Assembly (NCBI GenBank): GCA_963705505.1
Contig: CAVPJU010000010.1
Location: 802,017 to 866,016, forward strand
Reading direction: 5' to 3'
From: an uncultured bacterium
GTDB lineage: Bacteria > Desulfobacterota_D > UBA1144 > Nemesobacterales > UBA2774
DNA: 64,000 nt
A program made the translations under genes and the position numbers. Positions within the stretch are counted from its first letter, which is position 1. The number at the start of each line of letters is the position of its first letter. The notes beneath the pieces are model-generated. The model was given only the letters and a program-made list of their open reading frames with translations, was not told where the DNA came from and made no database searches. Shown piece by piece: positions 9,771 through 19,964 of the stretch.

Positions 9771-10772
9771 GTGTATTTGAATAAATTTTTTAAATTCGGA
9801 TTATATTTGCTGGTGCTGGCGAGTGTTCTTTACACATCGTGCGGCGGGGGTTCAAAATCCAGCAGCGAATATACGCTGCCCCAGGCTAAAAGAGACGTTA
9901 ACACGGAGAGTCAGGAGCTCAACCGAAAGCTCATTCAGGAAACGTTCAGTTCAAACGTTGCAGTCGATTATCTCATAGGGCCGGGAGACCTCCTGAGTAT
10001 TCAAGTGCTTGAAGCGCCGGAACTCAATACGGAAGCAAGAGTGAACTCGCAGAACACCATCTCATTCCCGCTTTTGGGGAAGGTCGATATCGGAGGACTT
10101 ACAGCTCAAGAGTCGGAGCAAAAAATCCAGGAGCTTCTGACCGAAAAATATATGAATGATCCCCATGTCGTTGTATCCATAAAGGAGTTCAGGAGTCAAA
10201 GGGTAGCGGTGATAGGCAGTGTGAAAAACCCGGGGACTTATGAGCTTCTGGGTAAGGGAAACCTTCTCGACGCCCTTGCACTGGCAGGCGGATTGTCCGA
10301 AAAAGCCAGTCAGGTCGCGTATGTGTCCCGCAAGAACAAAGAGGGACAGGAAAAATCTGTCCAAATAGATCTCAATGAGCTGCTCGACGAAGGCAAATCG
10401 GATCTGAATATTCCTATTAATATGGGGGACGTCGTTTATATTCCTCAGGCCGGCGTAGTATACGTAGACGGAGCTGTAAACAAACCCGGAACATTCCAAA
10501 TACAGGAAAATATGACCGTCAGCCAGGCACTTACCGCGGCCGGAGGCCTCTCCAAAACGGCAGAGTCATCCGACGTGAGATTAATAAGAAATAAAAAAGG
10601 GCAGATGCAGGTCACTCCGGTGGATCTGGATCAAATAAAAGACGGGCAAACACCGGATATAATTATAGAGGATCAGGATGTAATAGTGGTAGGCAAGAAT
10701 GCAATAAAATCCTTCTTCGATACTATCAAACTTGGATTGTTCTTCCCGCCATTCAGCGTAGGGGTTCAGTAA
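9771..10772 (+). CDS. wza: Polysaccharide export outer-membrane lipoprotein (OPX/Wza)
   Basis: Lipobox YTSC; DYLIGPGDLLSIQV, ISFPLLGKV..GGLT (Poly_export); two SLBB domains. Confidence 0.9.
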   Translation: MYLNKFFKFGLYLLVLASVLYTSCGGGSKSSSEYTLPQAKRDVNTESQELNRKLIQETFSSNVAVDYLIGPGDLLSIQVLEAPELNTEARVNSQNTISFPLLGKVDIGGLTAQESEQKIQELLTEKYMNDPHVVVSIKEFRSQRVAVIGSVKNPGTYELLGKGNLLDALALAGGLSEKASQVAYVSRKNKEGQEKSVQIDLNELLDEGKSDLNIPINMGDVVYIPQAGVVYVDGAVNKPGTFQIQENMTVSQALTAAGGLSKTAESSDVRLIRNKKGQMQVTPVDLDQIKDGQTPDIIIEDQDVIVVGKNAIKSFFDTIKLGLFFPPFSVGVQ

Positions 10773-10803
10773 CACTAAATGAGATCGCAAGAGAAGACAC
10801 AAT

Positions 10804-13170
10804 ATGGAAAATAATAGAGATAATATGATCGGAGATAACAGAGGCAGGAACCTGGTTCCGGAAAATGAGGAGAGAGCACTCCGTACGTATCAACATGCCC
10901 CTGAGACATTAAGGGCTTACCCGGTCGAGGAAGAAAGCAGCATACACCGCTACGTGGAAGTCGTGCTGAGGCGGAAAAAAATTATCATCGCCTTTTTTGC
11001 AATCGTGCTGATATCGACCATGATTGCCACATATTTAACAGAGCCGGAATACAAAGCAACAGCCAAATTGGAAATCTCGCTTGAAAACCCGAAAGTAGTA
11101 AACTTTGACCAGGTGGTCGAACTCGAAACCAAATCCCAAGAGTTTTATGAAACGCAGTATCTGCTCCTTAAAAGCCAGACTCTGGCGAAACAGGTAGTAG
11201 AAAAGCTCAACCTGGCCGAGAACCCGGAATTCAGCGGGAAGAACAAGAAGCCGAGCCTGATCTCAAGGGTAACGTCCAGCATCAAGGGCACGATACGAAG
11301 CACCCTAAGCGGAATAAAAAGGATGATCATCAGGCCGCCCGACATCGTACCCTCGAGCGCCGACGCGGCAATTGCCGAGATCACCAAACAGGACGGACTC
11401 ATAAACGGTTTTATCGGCAGGCTTGAAATATCGCCCGTCGGCAACTCCCGACTCGTCGAAGTAAGCTTCGTATCACACGACCGCAAGCTCGCGGCCGACG
11501 CAGTTAATACATTGAGCGATACATTCATAGACTGGATCCTCAACAGAAAACTGGACGCGACTAAACAGGGAAGGGATTTCCTGAGAAAACAGATAGAGCA
11601 GGCCCAGACAAACCTTGAACAGTCCGAAGAGAAGCTCAATGAATTCGCCAAGAGCAACGATATCGTTTCTCTGGACGAAAAGATGAACATAACTTACCAC
11701 ACGTTCTCAGAACTGAACGACGCCCTGGCGAAAGCGGAGACATCGAGGCTCGAGAAGGAATCGCTTTACAAGCACGTTCAAAACGGAAACATAGGTTCAC
11801 TGCCTTTGGTGGTAAACGACCCGTATATACAGAACCTGAAGGGAGAGCAGGCTAAAGCAAATTCGGAATACAGCCAGATGAGTGCGACTTTCAAACCCGG
11901 CTACCCAAAGGTGAAGGAGCTCGGAGCCAAGGTAGCTGAATTGCAGAGGAAGATCGACGAGGCAGAAAACAGCGTAGCCGCTTCGATCAAATCCGATTAT
12001 GAAGGCGCATTGCAAAAAGAAGAAACTTTAAGAGAAAGCTACCAGAAGCAGAAGACCCTTGCATCCGCACTTAACGATAAATCGATCCAGTACAACATCT
12101 TAAAGAGGGAAGTGGAATCGAATGAAACCATTTATAACACTCTTTTACAAAGATTAAAAGAAACTGAGGTCTCTTCCGCTATCAAAGCAAGCAGCATACA
12201 GGTCGTAGATTATGCTCAAATACCCTTTATGCCGTTTAAACCCAATGTGACTTTGAATCTGCTTTTTGCCTGCATAATCGGGTTAGGCGGAGGAATTTTC
12301 CTGGCCTTTTTCATGGAGTTCTACGACAATACCATAAAGACACCCGAAGAAGTGAGGGACAAGCTGAAACTCCCGGTCCTCGGAGGGGTATTCGAATCGC
12401 ATCAGACGGACGGCTTAGGTTCTCCGGTGGAGAAATCGTTCCTGCTCGACCCGAGATCCCATATTGCCGAATCATTCAGGACGATCAGGACCTCCCTGCT
12501 CCTTTCGACCCCCGGAAAACCGCCCCGCTCGATTCTTATAACGAGCTGCTTCCCGGCGGAAGGAAAAACTACCGTTTCAATCAATCTGGCCTCGTCTTTC
12601 GCGCAGGCCGGAAGCAAAGTCCTTCTTCTCGAGGCCGACCTCAGGCGTCCGAGAATCGGAACGGTTCTGGGGAACAACGGGAACGGCCTCAGCAGTTACC
12701 TGACCGGCAACTCGAATCTCAGCGAGATCATATCTCAGGGGGAGATACCGAACTTATATGTACTCCCCGTCGGTCCGATACCCATCAACCCCGCAGAGCT
12801 TCTGGGCTCAAATCACATGAAAGAGTTACTTCAGACGCTGAGCCAGGAATACGACTACATTATCGTTGACGGTCCCCCTGCATTAGGGTTTGTCGATGCC
12901 CATATCATATCCAGTCTCGTGGACGGAGTCGCAGTAGTCATAAGGGCCGGAAAAACACCCAGGAATTCGATCAGGGAGCTGATAGAGAGACTCTGGAGCC
13001 TAAAATCCAATTTCCTGGGAGTAATTGTCAACGGCATAGAACTCAATCAGAACAGTTACTACTATAAGTCTTACAATTATTACTACGGCGAAGAGGAAGA
13101 AAAGAAAAAGCTCACAGCCGCGACGTCCGACGAGAAAAAAAGGCGGGACGATTTGGGTAAATCTTTATAA
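10804..13170 (+). CDS. wzc: Polysaccharide co-polymerase / tyrosine autokinase (Wzc)
   Basis: Wzz N-terminus, coiled coils, AESFRTIRT, Walker A SCFPAEGKTT, EADLRRP, DGPP, Tyr cluster YYYKSYNYYY. Confidence 0.93.
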   Translation: MENNRDNMIGDNRGRNLVPENEERALRTYQHAPETLRAYPVEEESSIHRYVEVVLRRKKIIIAFFAIVLISTMIATYLTEPEYKATAKLEISLENPKVVNFDQVVELETKSQEFYETQYLLLKSQTLAKQVVEKLNLAENPEFSGKNKKPSLISRVTSSIKGTIRSTLSGIKRMIIRPPDIVPSSADAAIAEITKQDGLINGFIGRLEISPVGNSRLVEVSFVSHDRKLAADAVNTLSDTFIDWILNRKLDATKQGRDFLRKQIEQAQTNLEQSEEKLNEFAKSNDIVSLDEKMNITYHTFSELNDALAKAETSRLEKESLYKHVQNGNIGSLPLVVNDPYIQNLKGEQAKANSEYSQMSATFKPGYPKVKELGAKVAELQRKIDEAENSVAASIKSDYEGALQKEETLRESYQKQKTLASALNDKSIQYNILKREVESNETIYNTLLQRLKETEVSSAIKASSIQVVDYAQIPFMPFKPNVTLNLLFACIIGLGGGIFLAFFMEFYDNTIKTPEEVRDKLKLPVLGGVFESHQTDGLGSPVEKSFLLDPRSHIAESFRTIRTSLLLSTPGKPPRSILITSCFPAEGKTTVSINLASSFAQAGSKVLLLEADLRRPRIGTVLGNNGNGLSSYLTGNSNLSEIISQGEIPNLYVLPVGPIPINPAELLGSNHMKELLQTLSQEYDYIIVDGPPALGFVDAHIISSLVDGVAVVIRAGKTPRNSIRELIERLWSLKSNFLGVIVNGIELNQNSYYYKSYNYYYGEEEEKKKLTAATSDEKKRRDDLGKSL

Positions 13171-13269
13171 GACAATTGAATCTCGGGGATATTCTCCCTT
13201 CGTAACGTATTTTCTTCAGCGATAAATACACTTATCCGTAAATTTTTTCTTAATTCCGCGGCTCGTCAT

Positions 13270-14496
13270 ATGAAATTTACGATAGGCTCGAGGCTTTCCC
13301 TCTATGTATCAATCCTCCTGACGATACTGATATCGTTATTTCTGGCCTGGAATTCGGCGAGGAACTGGCTCGCATACGTTTATGCGAGCGACCCGCCTCC
13401 CGAAGGATTCATGGAAGCTATCTCGATCGAGGGTGGGAATTCGGATTTCTACTTCCTGCTGGGGCAATATTATGATAATTACGACATCTCCGCTCCACGA
13501 GACCGGGTCTATAAACTGTATAGGAGCGCTCTTGAACTTAACCCGTTAAACTACAATTACTGGTACTACCTGGCCGAATTCCTTTCGGAGGAAGGCAAAC
13601 GGGACAAGGCGCTATTTGCCCTTAATCAGGCTACGGAGCTATCCCCCGGCGTCGTTGCACTCAGATGGAGGGCGGGAATGCTTGCCTCGAGGCTTGGAGA
13701 CGAGAAATCTCTCGCGGACAACCTCAGCCCCGTAATGGCCTTTGATCCGGAAAGGCGGAAAAAAGCTTTTATAGTCGTTTGGCAGTCACTCAGGAACGGA
13801 GATAAAATCTTAAAAATCATCCCCGAGATCGCACTCCCCGAATATTTGAATTTCCTCATAGAAACGCGGAGAATACCCGAGGCCCAAAAAGCTTTGGGGA
13901 AATTTTCAAATATCAAAGAAATCCCTGAATCTACATTCCTCAGATACGTAAGCATGTTGATCGATGAGAGCATGATTGAGAGCGCCAAACACACCTGGGT
14001 CAGCAAATTCGGAGACTGGGACGGAATCTGGAACGGTAATTTTGATAAGGGTCTCACGAACGGCGGGTTTGATTGGAATTTCAACGACGCGCAAGGTGCG
14101 AAGATAACAATGGACAATGACACCGGCGGAAAGGGGAACTCAGTCAAGATAGAATTCGACGGAACGAACAACGTGGATTTTTATAATTTCCGGCAACACG
14201 TTCCCGTTGAGGGAAATACACGCTACGAGCTCAGTGCGTTTATGAAAAGTCAGGATTTGTCGACGAGAAACGGCCTCTTTTGGGAAGTATATTGCCCCCG
14301 GAGTAAAGAATTAGACGCAAAAACCGAAGAAGTTCTGGGAACAACGGATTGGCATCCGGTTACCGTTACATTCCAAACACCCGAAGACTGCAATTTCCTC
14401 AGGATAGTACTGCGCCGTTCCAAAAGCGATGAAATACACGGCAATATTTCCGGGACTGTCTGGATCGATGATATAGCTTTGAAGAAAATAAACTAG
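13270..14496 (+). CDS. Membrane-anchored TPR protein with C-terminal carbohydrate-binding (CBM4/9-like) domain
   Basis: N-terminal TM; TPR-like ALELNPLNYNYWYYLA; C-terminal WNGNFD...GFDW...GTTDWHPVTVTFQTP...GTVWIDDIAL. Confidence 0.7.
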   Translation: MKFTIGSRLSLYVSILLTILISLFLAWNSARNWLAYVYASDPPPEGFMEAISIEGGNSDFYFLLGQYYDNYDISAPRDRVYKLYRSALELNPLNYNYWYYLAEFLSEEGKRDKALFALNQATELSPGVVALRWRAGMLASRLGDEKSLADNLSPVMAFDPERRKKAFIVVWQSLRNGDKILKIIPEIALPEYLNFLIETRRIPEAQKALGKFSNIKEIPESTFLRYVSMLIDESMIESAKHTWVSKFGDWDGIWNGNFDKGLTNGGFDWNFNDAQGAKITMDNDTGGKGNSVKIEFDGTNNVDFYNFRQHVPVEGNTRYELSAFMKSQDLSTRNGLFWEVYCPRSKELDAKTEEVLGTTDWHPVTVTFQTPEDCNFLRIVLRRSKSDEIHGNISGTVWIDDIALKKIN

Positions 14497-14512
14497 AACG
14501 ACGTTATCGTAG

Positions 14513-15895
14513 ATGCCCTTTATAAAAGACAAGCTAATACCTCTGATTATCAACGTCGGGATTGTGCTGATTCTAATGTCCCCTTTGCCATACGGTAATG
14601 TGGAGACATGGTCGGTATCCCTGATTGAGATAATCGCATTCCTGACATTCGGGGTCTGGTCGATCGGGGAAATACTTAAAAGACGCATACGTATATTACA
14701 GTCGCCCTTATATCTGCCGATAGCACTCTTTTTCATCGTTATTCTGTTTCAGACAGTGGAGCTTCCGGACTCAATTCTCGATTTCATATCCCCCCATAAG
14801 GCGGAGCTGTTTCAAAACAAGAGCGCAGCGCTCCGGAATATATTCGGCGACGGCATAAAACTCTCAAATTCAATCAGTCTCTACCCGTTCCTGACAAAAG
14901 AAAAATTACTAATATACCTTTCGTACGCCGCATTTTTCCTTATCGTTTCCAACTACATAAAAACAAGCACACAAATAAAGAGATTCATCCGTATTGTCTT
15001 TACAATATCGATCGTGGAATCACTGATCGGACTTCTCCAGTATATCGCCAGCGGGACTAAGGTGCCGGCGTCAGGCACTTACATCAATCCCAACCATTTC
15101 GCGGGACTGCTGATCGTAGTTATCCCTTTATTTTTAGGATACATACTATATCGTGGCACCAATAAAAATGCCGGATCAAACCGGCGGGAAGACAGAATAA
15201 AAATTCTATTTTCCGCTCAATTTCTCCTGCTGTTCGCAACGTCCCTTATGGCTATAAGCTTAATAGTCGCACAATCCCGGGGAGCGATATTCTCGTTTGT
15301 GGTCTCAATTATAATCTTTTATATATTGATCTCCCGCAATAAAAAAAGCGGTTCGATAAAATTATTTCTGGGCATATTTTTTGCGATTGTAATCCTCTAC
15401 TCGATATGGATAGGATTGGACCCGGTAATTGAAAAATTTTCGGATACGACAAAAGAACTCCCTAATCGTACGTACATATGGAAAGATTCGCTTAACCTTA
15501 TAAAAGACTTTCCTATTTTAGGCACAGGTCTAGGGAATTTTAACCTGGCTTACACGCTCTATAAAAAAGAAGCGTTTTGGCCCTATGTCTACGACCACGC
15601 TCATAATGATTATATCGAACTTGCCGCAGAGACCGGGTTGGTAGGATTCATCTTGGTTCTATGGGCATTGGTAGCGTTTTTTAAAACCGCGTTGTCTGAC
15701 GAGAGAAATTTCTCTCCGAACCGGGACCCTCTCAGGTATTATCTCTTCCTGGGGTGCCTGAGCGGGATGCTGGGTATGCTGACTCACGCTATTACAGAAT
15801 TCGATTTCCAAATACCGGCTAATACGTACTACTTCGTATTCTTATTGGGACTGTCGAGCAGCATGTCGAATGTGCTAATCGGAAGGAAGAAATAA
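14513..15895 (+). CDS. O-antigen ligase / Wzy_C family membrane protein
   Basis: SGTYINPNHFAG, SRGA, R..IWKDS...PILGTGLGNF, HAHNDYIELAAETGLVG. Confidence 0.88.
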   Translation: MPFIKDKLIPLIINVGIVLILMSPLPYGNVETWSVSLIEIIAFLTFGVWSIGEILKRRIRILQSPLYLPIALFFIVILFQTVELPDSILDFISPHKAELFQNKSAALRNIFGDGIKLSNSISLYPFLTKEKLLIYLSYAAFFLIVSNYIKTSTQIKRFIRIVFTISIVESLIGLLQYIASGTKVPASGTYINPNHFAGLLIVVIPLFLGYILYRGTNKNAGSNRREDRIKILFSAQFLLLFATSLMAISLIVAQSRGAIFSFVVSIIIFYILISRNKKSGSIKLFLGIFFAIVILYSIWIGLDPVIEKFSDTTKELPNRTYIWKDSLNLIKDFPILGTGLGNFNLAYTLYKKEAFWPYVYDHAHNDYIELAAETGLVGFILVLWALVAFFKTALSDERNFSPNRDPLRYYLFLGCLSGMLGMLTHAITEFDFQIPANTYYFVFLLGLSSSMSNVLIGRKK

Positions 15896-15957
15896 TTAAA
15901 ACGATTCGTTTCTGAACCCCTCGCAGCCGTCGGCACCCGGCTCGAACTGACCGTCTT

Positions 15958-17047
15958 CTACGATTTTGTATTTTCGGTCCTTGCCATCGTTTGCCTGTCC
16001 AAACAGTCCTTCAGCGCAAGTTCCGAAATATACCCCATATCGATCAGAATCTGCCCGACTCTTGCCGCCTTGATTTTTTTGACATTGTAATGCCTCTTCC
16101 AGTTGATCGACCGTGATCACGTTGGCGGCGAGCATTATTTCACCCAGCAAGTAATCATTTTTATTGTTTCTGAACGCCCAATTGGCGCTTGAATTCACGA
16201 ATACCTGCAAGTTCAGAAAGTCCTTCAATTTTTGTTCGGTAATATAACCCTTTTCAATCAGAATCTCCCCGACTTTCCCGCCCCATTTCTCCTGATGCTT
16301 AAGCGCTTCCTCAAGCTGCCCTTCGTTAATAACCCCGGATTCCAGTATGACCTGTCCTATCAGCTTATCTATACGCTTTTCCTTGCTGTCCCAATGGAGT
16401 GTGAACGTATACCATATAGAAGCAAAAATAAGCTTTAAATCGAGCCAGAAGCTCTGATTATAGATATAAATCAAATCATAGCGGAGCTTGTTCCTGGGAT
16501 GAGTATTATAATGTCCATGGACCTGGGCAATCCCGGTTAAGCCCGGCTTGACACGGAGCCTGTGATCAAAACCCGGGATCATTTTCCTGAACTCATTAAC
16601 CAATTCCGGCCGTTCGGCTCTGGGGCCGACGAAGCTCATGTCGCCCATAAGGATATTGAATAGTTGAGGAAGTTCGTCGAGCTTCGTTTTTCTGAGGAAT
16701 TTGCCGACTCTCGTGATCCTGTAATCCTTCTTATAAGCCCAGACAGGACCCGTATTGAGCTCCGCATTCTTGATCATGGAACGAAACTTGTAAATCTTAA
16801 ACCTTTTCCCGTTCACACCCAATCTTGTCTGAGAGAAAACTATGGGAACTCCGTCTTCCAGATAAATAGCTACAGCGACCAAAATCCAAACAGGCAAAGA
16901 AACTATGATACCTATAAGGGAAAACAAAACGTCGAAGGGCCTCTTTAAAATTGGCTCTCTTGTAGGGTAGGAATTATAATCCGTCAGCGAATACCTTCCG
17001 CCCAACTTGTTTATGCCGTTGCCGTAGCTTTTGAACATCTTTTCCAA
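15958..17047 (-). CDS. Monotopic priming phosphoglycosyl transferase fused to two MshEN-like domains (one frameshift near 16060-16080)
   Basis: KRPFD...YKFRSM...LRKTKLDELPQLFNILMGDMSFVGPRAERP...KPGLTGIAQV, then LIGQVILESGVINEGQLEEALKHQ-EKWGG-KVGEILIEKGYITEQKLKDFLNLQ. A second pair is completed by removing one base: ...VGQILIDMGYISELALKDCLDRQ...stop 15958. Confidence 0.88.
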
Positions 17048-17163
17048 TTCCGCTCAATTTACAAGTTATTTGTAATCCATTACCAAACAAAGCGACACTC
17101 CCGCAGACAACACCCTGCGGTTCTATCAATATGATACATTTAAATCAAAGCTTCGGTTCAAGA

Positions 17164-17197
17164 AATTTTATGACCCAATAAAGGAATTTTATGACCC
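17164..17197. repeat. 13-bp direct repeat AATTTTATGACCC x2, 21-bp period, in divergent promoter region
   Basis: Copies at 17164-17176 and 17185-17197. Confidence 0.75.
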
Positions 17198-17525
17198 CAT
17201 TAACAAATGACAACCTTCATGCCAAACGCTACAGCCATAATAACCCACCGGATTTATTTAATAATAAGTTTATACTAATTACATGCTTATACAAGAGTTG
17301 TCGGGAGATACAATCCGAAAAGACAATCTTCGTACATAATGTAATATTGACCAATCCGGCCATGTCGATAATATGATCTATTTACGCGTACAAGCCTCTA
17401 TTTTGTTCGACTTCCATAACAAAATTTAAGAAGTACTGTTGGGTTAAATGACATCCATACGCTTTCTAATCAGTTTATTTTGCATTATAATTCTTTGAGG
17501 TATTATCACCGTCTTTCAATCAATC

Positions 17526-18443
17526 ATGAACCATATCACAAAGAAAGTAAAGAATTACCCGGAGAAAACTGACAAAAAACCCAATATGGGTAATCCCGAG
17601 CGGGACAATGTCGGTTTTTCGAAAATAGAACCCTTTGCAGTACGCGAGCCCAGCGTAGGGGTTTCATTAAGACTTAGAGAGCTCCTGGAATATCACGAGC
17701 TTATTTATTTCCTTGTTTGGCGGGACCTTAAAGTACGGTACAAGCAAACCGCACTGGGTGTGGCCTGGGTAGCTATTCAACCGTTAATGACTATGATTGT
17801 GTTTACCATATTTTTCGGGAATCTCGCAAAAGTCCCTTCCGACGGACTGCCCTACCCTGTTTTTAGCTTTACGGCCCTATTGCCGTGGCAGCTCTTTGCT
17901 AACGCCTTAAACACCTCAAGCAACAGCCTTGTCAATAACCGCGACTTAATAACTAAACTCTATTTCCCCCGGTTAATTATTCCGTTGGCGTCGATAATAG
18001 CGGGATTTGTAGATTTTTGTATCGCATTCCTGGTGCTTATAGCCATGATAATCTATTATGGAATAGTCCCGACATCAGCCGTTTTTACGCTTCCCTTATT
18101 CATACTGTTGACAATCGCGACGTCAACAGCCGTAAGCCTTTGGCTTTCGGCGCTAAATGTAGAATATAGGGACGTACGTTACACAATTCCTTTCCTGACC
18201 CAATTCTGGCTCTTCCTCACGCCTATCGCCTATCCAAGCAATTTAGTGCCCGAGAAATGGCGTATCCTATACGGATTAAACCCGATGGCGGGCGTTGTCG
18301 AGGGTTTCAGGTGGGCTTTACTCGGAAAAACAAACGTTAGCTGGACCATAATTACGGTATCAGTGCTTATAGTTATAATTCTGCTTGTCGGCGGTTTGGT
18401 TTACTTCAGACGCATGGAAAGAACATTCGCGGATATAGTTTAA
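17526..18443 (+). CDS. wzm: Polysaccharide ABC transporter permease (Wzm)
   Basis: WRDLKVRYKQTALG..W..IQPL, LITKLYFPRLIIP, YRDVRY, FLTPIAYP, LNPMAG, ERTFADIV. Confidence 0.93.
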   Translation: MNHITKKVKNYPEKTDKKPNMGNPERDNVGFSKIEPFAVREPSVGVSLRLRELLEYHELIYFLVWRDLKVRYKQTALGVAWVAIQPLMTMIVFTIFFGNLAKVPSDGLPYPVFSFTALLPWQLFANALNTSSNSLVNNRDLITKLYFPRLIIPLASIIAGFVDFCIAFLVLIAMIIYYGIVPTSAVFTLPLFILLTIATSTAVSLWLSALNVEYRDVRYTIPFLTQFWLFLTPIAYPSNLVPEKWRILYGLNPMAGVVEGFRWALLGKTNVSWTIITVSVLIVIILLVGGLVYFRRMERTFADIV

Positions 18444-18444
18444 T

Positions 18445-19809
18445 ATGAACGGAATCGCAATAAAAGTCAGAGATATAGGAAAAGAATACAGGATAGGGGA
18501 GAGAAATGAATTCAGGACTATCCGGGACAGTATTTCAACCTTCGCCACAAAAATTTTCAAAAGACTAATTTCCGGTATTGACGGAAAATCCGTAAGGAAA
18601 AATAATTCCGCGGGTATCGGAGCTCCGCCTTCCGGTGGAAATTATCAATCCGACGTGTCGCAGATCCCGGGTACAACTGACAAGATAAATGATGAAAGAA
18701 CCGATAATTACATATGGTCACTCAGGAAGGTGTCTTTCGATGTCCGAAACGGGGAAATCGTCGGAATAATCGGCCGCAATGGCGCGGGAAAGAGCACGCT
18801 GCTGAAAATTATAGCGGGTATAACCGAACCTACGGAAGGAAGGATAGATATATACGGCAGAATCGCTTCGCTGCTTGAAGTCGGAACAGGATTTCACCTC
18901 GAGCTAACGGGGAGAGAAAATATCTATTTAAACGGGGCGCTGCTTGGAATGAAAAAACGGGAAATAGACCGTAAATTCGATGAGATAGTAGAGTTCTCGG
19001 AAGTTCATCAGTTTATCGACACGCCCGTTAAATTTTACTCCTCGGGCATGCGGGTGCGTCTGGGTTTCTCCGTGGCAGCACACCTCGAGCCCGAGATTCT
19101 GCTAATTGACGAAGCTCTTGCGGTAGGAGACGCAGCGTTCCAGAAAAAGTGTTTGGGCAAGCTGAACAATGTAGCTACCTCGGAAGGAAGGACCGTTATA
19201 TTCGTCAGCCACGACATGGCGGCCATCCTGTCATTATGCCAGAGATCTATTCTATTGGACAGCGGACGAATGATCGCCGAAGGCACCACTCATGAAGTAG
19301 TACAGCAGTACATGCAATCAATGAGTTCAACCTATGAAATCCCGCTTGACCAGAGAATGGATCGGACGGGAGACGGCAGTATCCTCGTTACATCACTTCA
19401 AATAGAGAATTCCGAGGGCAGAATACCTATTACACCGAGCTGTAAACTAAAAATCAAAATCGGTTATCGAAGCGAAAACCAAGTTCGCTTCCCTCAGTTC
19501 GTAGTTAATATTAAAGACTTTAGAACACACACGACTATACTCCGCCTGGATAGCGAAATGCTAAATGGTCTGCCTGAAACTCTTCCTTCCGCGGGAAGTG
19601 TGTCGTGCGTGACTGACAAAATATACCTGTCACCGGGACGATGCTACGTGGATGTCGGTATCAGAAAAGGGAAATCAACCGCCGATTACATTGAACATGC
19701 GGGATACTTCGATATCGAGACAGAAGACCTATACGGATCCGGAAAGATACCGTCACGTGACCAGGCTATATACCTCCTAAAATACAGATGGCTGGTTGAA
19801 AATGTTTAA
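18445..19809 (+). CDS. wzt: Polysaccharide ABC transporter ATPase with C-terminal Wzt_C domain
   Basis: GIIGRNGAGKSTLLK, LTGRENIYLNG, PVKFYSSGMRVRLGF, DEALAVGD. Confidence 0.94.
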   Translation: MNGIAIKVRDIGKEYRIGERNEFRTIRDSISTFATKIFKRLISGIDGKSVRKNNSAGIGAPPSGGNYQSDVSQIPGTTDKINDERTDNYIWSLRKVSFDVRNGEIVGIIGRNGAGKSTLLKIIAGITEPTEGRIDIYGRIASLLEVGTGFHLELTGRENIYLNGALLGMKKREIDRKFDEIVEFSEVHQFIDTPVKFYSSGMRVRLGFSVAAHLEPEILLIDEALAVGDAAFQKKCLGKLNNVATSEGRTVIFVSHDMAAILSLCQRSILLDSGRMIAEGTTHEVVQQYMQSMSSTYEIPLDQRMDRTGDGSILVTSLQIENSEGRIPITPSCKLKIKIGYRSENQVRFPQFVVNIKDFRTHTTILRLDSEMLNGLPETLPSAGSVSCVTDKIYLSPGRCYVDVGIRKGKSTADYIEHAGYFDIETEDLYGSGKIPSRDQAIYLLKYRWLVENV

Positions 19810-19964
19810 ATGATACCATTTAACAAGCGATTGATTGACGTTAACTAGTTGCAACCATTAAAATAAGTCTAAACATACGAGGTGAATTTAATAAAGGGTA
19901 TTTACACACTTTTTAAATTATTATAGATTTGCTTTAGCCAAATCAAAAAGTGAGGCATAAGAAT

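Noticed and set aside
15896..15957. ORF-track C-terminus of the PGT (SRADSDRYGV...RNESF)
   Set aside because: Out-of-frame product of a 1-nt insertion; the alternative frame completes the fourth MshEN-like repeat.
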